Source: Selaginella moellendorffii
Taxonomy: Eukaryota; Plantae; Lycopodiophyta
Assembly: GCF_000143415.4 (NCBI RefSeq)
Contig: NW_003314540.1
Span: forward strand, 1 to 14,490
Reading direction: 5' to 3'
Length of the DNA stretch: 14,490 bases
This document shows positions 8,336 to 14,490 of this stretch, piece after piece. Within the stretch, counting starts at the first letter, position 1; each line of letters begins with the position of its first letter. The position numbers and the translations under genes are program-made. Below the pieces are notes generated by a model, which was not told the DNA's origin, searched no databases, and worked only from the letters and a program-made list of their open reading frames with translations.

Positions 8336-9046
8336 ATGTCGAAAATCTCCAAGTCGGTGGCCAAGAGCTCTACATCAACTCATGTTGCGCAGGGCTTGTA
8401 CGATGGCAGCAAAACGCTGCTCCACAGCTCTGGAGTGGTCTCCTCGTCAGCCATAATTCCAGGCGAAATCAGAAACCATCTCAAGCCCAAGGATCTCTTT
8501 GATTTCGTCGCTCTTGAGCGATCCAGCCCCTCGCTCCTCCGTGCCATCGTCTACTGCCAATCCGGCCTCACAAACGGCTTCACCAGGAGCTTGACCAAGG
8601 GCTTGCAGGGCGCCAGCGAAGCAACAGCCGCCCTCGCCACTAACTGCATCAATCCAAAGTCGATCATCAACCACGACTTCCTGGTGATTGTGCTGGTCGT
8701 CGGGGGCGTGGAGCAATTCTTCCTTGCCGAGAAGTGTGGCCCTGGCGAAGAATGCGGGATCAATATCACCCTCATTCGCAGTCTAGGCGAGTATACCAAT
8801 GCCAAGCTGCTGAATTTCGATTGTGAGGATACGCCGCTGGAACTGCACGAGCTCATGAGGATTCTGGAGAATCATGACCCGCAGTACAGCCATCACGACA
8901 AGAATTGCTGGGAGTATGCGATGAACACCACCAGGAAGCTGCTGATGGAGTGCCACCGGAGGAGTGGAAAGGCCCAGTTTTGCGAGCGGGCCGAGGTGGT
9001 CGGGGGTGAGATCGCTGTAGCACAAGCCCAAGGTATGAGTAGTTGA
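8336..9046 (+). CDS. Second copy of the hypothetical papain-like ORF, 236 aa (shortened by CGA>TGA)
   Basis: About 6 substitutions relative to 2470-3237; the H/E/C motifs are retained. Confidence 0.65.
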   Translation: MSKISKSVAKSSTSTHVAQGLYDGSKTLLHSSGVVSSSAIIPGEIRNHLKPKDLFDFVALERSSPSLLRAIVYCQSGLTNGFTRSLTKGLQGASEATAALATNCINPKSIINHDFLVIVLVVGGVEQFFLAEKCGPGEECGINITLIRSLGEYTNAKLLNFDCEDTPLELHELMRILENHDPQYSHHDKNCWEYAMNTTRKLLMECHRRSGKAQFCERAEVVGGEIAVAQAQGMSS

Positions 9047-9272
9047 AGTTTCAAGGTGTTTGCGCAAGCAATCTCCGCGCTTACTTCCAATACTACTTCT
9101 TAGTTGACGACAATCGATATGGTTACACCCTTATAGCCTTATAGTTATGGTTATGGTTATAGTTTACAAAGAGGTTTCTATTATTGAGGTTTATCATTAC
9201 GATTTATAATATTAAAGTCATTATAAATGTTATGGCTTGCTTTGTTTTGGAAATTCAACATAGCACTAATAT

Positions 9273-9701
9273 CTAGAGAAGGAGTACTTGCCCAGCAAAT
9301 GTTGGGTGGTTTACAGAGAGGTTTAATATAAAATGTCTTTATAAACAGTGTTGATTGTAAAAGCATAAGGATTTTGAGGAAGGAGGTGGCTTTGGTGTGT
9401 GGTGTTTTGAATTTTAATTCTAAGTCCATGTGGTGATATGCATCTTGATAAAGCCATATAAAGTTACCCATGAGTGAAAATTGGGTGGGGCAAGTAAACT
9501 CCAACTCGGTCAAATGTTTGTCCTTGGCATTTAGAAATTGTTAAGCAGTAACCTAAACGGATTGGAAATTGTCTTTTGGACATTTTAAACGGAATTTCTG
9601 CATTTGATGGTATTAGTGTGATACGTGGGATAAGAACTTTTGTCCCTTTCAATTGCCCCATCACAATTTCACACTTTAAATGTAAGCCAAAAATTTTTCA
9701 T
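9273..9701 (-). mobile_element. Helitron 3' fragment, copy 2
   Basis: Same helicase motifs (KCQGQTFDRVG), hairpin, and CTAG at 9273-9276. Confidence 0.88.
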
Positions 9702-9981
9702 TTCCAATTTGCCAGCTTACCTCGTCTATCTGATCAACACCGCCTTGGCTTTAGTTAAGTTCCCTCGCTAAGGTTCCCACCTATGGTATTAACTCTTACT
9801 TGGTCATACTTGATTTCAACTACTCACTATACGAGCAACGGAGCGTTAGCCATCTATCCACGGATTCCCAAATCTCTCCCAATCCCCCTCCCCGGGTTAG
9901 ACTGAACTTAAGGTTAGGCAACACTCCCTGCAAGCACAAGTAGCCAAGCACACCAAGCCTGCAGATTCCTAACATCCATTG

Positions 9982-10175
9982 TGTAAGCAACCAAAGGGAA
10001 CGACTTGAGAGACGGTCCATGGGGTTCAAATATAGAGGGAAAGGGCCCATGAATAAGAGTGCACCCCTTTTTCCAATCGGTTAAGGGTCTTGGGATATTT
10101 GGGGTTAAGCGTCTTTGTGTTTGAATAGTACTGGGTTGGGTGACCTCCCGGGAAGTCCAAACTCAGGAGCTTACA
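9982..10175 (+). mobile_element. 194-bp solo LTR with a 5S rRNA-derived segment (Cassandra TRIM-like)
   Basis: Terminal inverted repeats TGTAAGC...GCTTACA. 5-bp TSD CATTG/CCTTG, with an empty site (single CCTTG) in unit 1 at ~4121. 10103-10158 aligns without gaps to the 5S A-box/IE/C-box region. Confidence 0.88.
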
Positions 10176-10538
10176 CCTTGGTACTACAAGACTTGATCAT
10201 GGGACCCTCTAAATCCTAAGTCTTGAGTGCAACACCAGCTTGAGGATGCCGGGGCAAAACACCCTGGCCTCACGGCCTGGTATGGGTACCTCTACCCCCC
10301 CCCCCCCCCCACTTCCATCCCGAAGGGAAGGTCCAAACCCCTAGGAAGGGTGAGGACTAATGAGCCACAAGGTACTCAAGTGGGGCACCACTCCACATGA
10401 GCCGGGAGCACCGCAATTAGTTTCCCTTTCGGGAGTGGGAGCTGCTCTTGAGCACTTCCTTGGATGGCCCCTCCGGCACCAACCAAGTCCATGCTCACTC
10501 CCACCCAATGCCCCTCGGTCCCAGTCCCAACCTCAAGT

Positions 10539-13500
10539 CATGATGATGCTCTCGCAATTGTCACAGAGACAGGTATATCCTTCTGCCATGGTTTTTTCTT
10601 TCACTAAGGAACGCATTTTTTCTGTGACCTAGGTATGTCAACCTCCAAAGGCGAACTGGTTGCGACGATTTTGTACCCTCAAAAGCTCATCTTCAAGTAC
10701 GATGAGGAGCTCCAAATCGTTGCCTGTCTTCTTTTTATCTACGCTATCATATGCTTTGTTGTGTCCATATAAAGTTTCAGGTATATATCCATGTTTCTCT
10801 ATATGAAATCATTTCCGTCTATTGTGGACCAGAACATGAACGGACAGCAGAGTATTTGGGTGACAAAGTGGATCTACTGTATGTTCATCATAAATCAGAT
10901 AATGTCGCCACTATTGCCGGTCGCTCTTGAAGTTGGACAAATTCACGCTCTGGAGAGTTTAAAGGCACGCTTTCTTACCTCCTGTTTCCAGTTCCTTATG
11001 TTGTTCTTTCAGAAGCGTGGGGTGTTTTGCCTCAATCCAAAGCGCATAGGTTATCGCTGGGAAGATACGAGTTTTCTGTTTTGACAAAACTGGGACATTG
11101 ACAAAAGAGGGACTCGATTTTGTTGGAGTTCAGAGTGTCGTCACTAACTCCTTTGGACCAGTTTTATCACTTGAAGGTGGTCAAAGAATTGATGATATTG
11201 TTTTGCATGGACTTGCCACATGTCATGCTGTTACAAAGTTTGGAAAGGACTTGGTTGGAAACCAGGTTGAGGTAAATTTGTAATTTTCGCCAGAAAAGCT
11301 TGGATGATCTTTTGTGTGACAGGTGAAAATGTTCTCAGCTGTGGGATGGAATTTGATAGAGTCCGCAAAGAGTCCCCCAGTCGTTTCAGATGGTTCCGGA
11401 TCACGGACCTTTAGAATCGTGAGACGAAACGAGTTTGATCAATCGAGAGCAACAATGAGTGTTGTTGTGGAGGACAACTCTGGAAACTTTCACATCTACT
11501 GCAAGGTTCTTGCGTCTAGCATTTGCTCATTAATATTTCCGTTCAAGCATGGCAGGGTTCTTTCGAAAAGATTAAGGAGCTGAGCAACGCTCAAAGCCTT
11601 CCAGCGGACTACGAGGACAGAGCACGGCTTCAAGCTCTGCAAGGTTGTTATGTTCTTGGTTTAAGCTACAGGTGCACGCTGTTTCCTCAGTCTTCCATGT
11701 TTTGCAGCTGGCTTTTTATACTGTTTTCTTCCCTGAACCTTGCAGATACCTTGGCCGAGAACTGGCATTTGAAGACATGTTAGCACTACCAAGGAATGAG
11801 TTGGAGAAGGACCTGAATTTTATATCTCTGGTCTTGTTTAGGAACGAGCTCAAGCCGGATAGCTCTGCAGCTATTCATTCTCTCAAAGCTGGAAAGGTAC
11901 GTTGTCTATATTGATTCCGCTGGAAAACGAAATGCTCCTGGTCTATAGGTTCGTCCCGTGATGGTTACCGGTGATAATGTTCAATGCGGCCACTATATTG
12001 CTAAACAATCTGGTATGTTCTCATCTGACTGTAAGATACTACTGGCTGATATAACGAACGACAACAGGTTGGTCTTATTCTTTATGAAAGATCTTTCTAA
12101 CGATAGCTTTGTCTCTGTAGCGTGGTATGGTCTCCATTGAGTAGTAAAGTGACAACGGGTATAAGCCGCATGACCACCGAAGAACTACTTCAAAGTAGAG
12201 CGAGCTTACTTGAGGACGGGACCTTGGAACTTGCGGTTACGGGTAAAGCTTTTAATCGCTTACAAGAATCCAAGAGAATGGACGACTTACTTCTTTAAAC
12301 ACGAATCTTCGCAAGATTCACTCCTTCCGATAAGATTCATCTTGTTCCCTTTGATAATAGTCTCATGCGGTTGGGGACTTGCAGGAGAAAGTGGTAACTA
12401 TGCATAGAAACCATGGCCTAATCGTGGGAATGTGTGGTGACGGTGGAAACGATTGTGGAGCGCTAAGGGCCGCTCACGCCGGCATCGCTTTAAGTGCTGC
12501 AGAAGCATCGGTGGTGTCTCCATTTACTGCCCGAAACAAATCGGTCAGTTCAAGCTTTTTTCTGAAACAATCGCGCAAAGTTGATGTTTCTTTGTAGGTC
12601 CACGCTGTGGTAGATTCACTACGTGAAGCGCGAGGTGCTCTCCATACGTCATTCGCATGCTACAAGTTTCTGATTATTTATGGCCTCCAGTTCTCAATAT
12701 TCAAGCTTTGTTGTTATTGGTAAGCTTGGACTTTCGAGATCTTCCCGACGCTTAGCGCTTTTAATCCAGGTTTGGGATTATAGCCTGCCAAATGGACTGC
12801 ATATTTATTGATGGCGTAGCTGTGCTCAGCCTTGGTTATGCCATGTCTCGGTGCAACGCTGAAAAAATACTCAACAAGGTTCTTGAAATGTTTAACCGTG
12901 GTAATGACAGGTGAGGCCTCTTGGACCTTTAAACGTAGCATCGGTGCTGGGGCTATGGGGAAGCAACGTTGTGTTCCTGGTGGCTGCAATTTGTTTCATG
13001 GCAAGCCAGAAGGATTACGTGAGATGGCCGGCACAGTGAGTGATTGGTTTTGTAAAGTTCGTGCTCAAAATCTCGTTTGTTTCAGATACTCTCATGGTGC
13101 AAGCTGGTGGACGCTGGGTGACAACTGGGAGTCCACAGTGTTGTTCTTCACAATGTATTTCCAGTTCATCACGTCCGCATTCGTGTTCTCGTTTGGCTCC
13201 AAGTTTCGAAAGACCGTATTCAAAAACCTCTCTTTGATGGTAAGTCTTCTACTGTCAAGTAGTTTCAAGCACTTAAGTCTTTTCCACGCAGGTTTCGTAC
13301 TGGTCATTGATCGCTGTGTGCTCTTGTCTACTGCTTCTTCCTCACAACAAGTTCACGGAAGTATGGCACGTTGCAAGCGAGCAATTCAACCATGCAAACC
13401 CCGCCTCTCCAGTTTGGGCGTCTTACCAGGTAAAAAACTCTCATTCTTTCCACAACTAAATCATATCTCTTCGTGTCTTCTTCCAGAAAAATGGTGGACA

Positions 13501-13727
13501 GCCTTCGCCGGCCATGAGCTTTGATTTCCGTTTCAAGCTATGGTGGATCATTCTCGCGAGTCTCGCCGTCAATATAGCTTGGCAAAAGGTGGGAATTTTT
13601 CCATTCCAGAAGAGAAGAAAAAGAAATTCTCACTTGATAACGTGCGTTCCAGGTCGTAGTGGAAGGCCCACTGGCACGGATTTTAGCTGCAAAGTATCCC
13701 TCAAAGCGACAAAAGCTACACATTTAG
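10539..13727 (+). pseudogene. 5'-truncated P5B-type ATPase pseudogene, copy 2
   Basis: Same exons, frameshifts, stop and donor mutation as copy 1, but retains 11321-11404 (acceptor plus VKMFSAVGWNLIES...). Confidence 0.92.
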
Positions 13728-13944
13728 AGTATATTTTTAGAATCGCCAAGAATGTACGGTACCAAAAATTTAAATCTGAAGGGCAAACGCCATCTTGAAT
13801 TCGTTGGTTAAGCATATATCCTTTTCAAAAGCTCTCTAGAAGTTTACTCACCGTTTAGCTGCACGTCGCTAAGAACTCTCCAAAAGACAAACGGGGAAAT
13901 GTTAATCAGTCTCAGGGTCTCATCAATCACCTTCACAGACAGTC

Positions 13945-14126
13945 AGCAGTCATAAAGAACTCGAAGAAACTTTAGCATACTCTAGACATGTATGCGGTCT
14001 AGAGTCTAGAGTCTCGAGTCCAGAGTCTAGTCAGGTCTAGTCATGCTCCTGATGCGCCTCTTGTGCACGAGGGGATCCATGTGTACTTGCTAGAGAAAGA
14101 GAAATTATATATTTGCGGTCATGACA
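13945..14126. mobile_element. Truncated copy of the LTR-like element, unit 3
   Basis: Same as 7803-7984. Confidence 0.6.
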
Positions 14127-14490
14127 AATAGCAATGTGTTTTAGCTAGAGGAACCTTCTAGCATCAAACGATGCTTCCTGGCGCTTGCCGCCTAGAAACG
14201 CGTTCTTCTTCCCAATCCCTTGGAAGCAGTGGCCAATAGCACGACGGTGGTGGGTTTTCGGGGTGCCGAGCCCCACAGACGGTGTCGACCGCACCCGCCG
14301 GTCGGAGGGCGGGGAACGACGGAGCGCCGAAGGAGAGTCAGCACGTCGAGTCTCCCGCCGACCCCACTCCCTGGGCTCTACCCGCCGGTGAGCTCATCCG
14401 GAGTGTGGGCTGCCGCCTAGAAAAACGCGTTCTTCTTCCCAGGAGAGCTCCTGAGCTTTGTTTCTCCATCTCCAACAATGTCGAAAATCT
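13945..14490 (+). repeat. Tandem segmental duplication, unit 3 (partial, runs off the window; includes the ORF start ATG at 14478)
   Basis: Appears identical to 7803-8348. Confidence 0.97.

Larger units (their letters stand above)
7803..13944 (+). repeat. Tandem segmental duplication, unit 2 (6142 bp)
   Basis: Starts AGCAGTCATAAAG, as at 1937 and 13945. Confidence 0.98.

Noticed and set aside
3417-9276. Array formed as head-to-tail rolling-circle Helitron concatemers
   Set aside because: CTAG is not joined to a TC 5' end, and the visible breakpoint lies in the LTR at 1937/7803.
10103-10158. 5S rRNA gene
   Set aside because: Only the internal promoter half is present, embedded within LTR termini.

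Overview
Eukaryotic genomic DNA, probably from a non-seed land plant. The ~50-bp introns plus a P5B-type ATPase suggest a Selaginella-like genome (inference). 1-1718 is the 3' part of a decayed Ty3/gypsy chromovirus: integrase plus chromodomain, a structured 3' region, a PPT-like tract and an LTR stub. Its integrase frame is interrupted by two canonical GT-AG spliceosomal introns. A ~400-bp LTR-like element follows (1719-2118). From inside that LTR begins a ~6-kb tandem array (1937-7802, 7803-13944, 13945-end). Each unit carries an intronless ORF with a permuted papain/NlpC-P60-like H-E-C signature, the 3' end of a Helitron, an unclassified segment, and a 5'-truncated P5B-ATPase pseudogene. 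Unit 2 also carries a 194-bp solo LTR containing a 5S rRNA internal promoter (Cassandra-like). All alignments and counts were done by eye.
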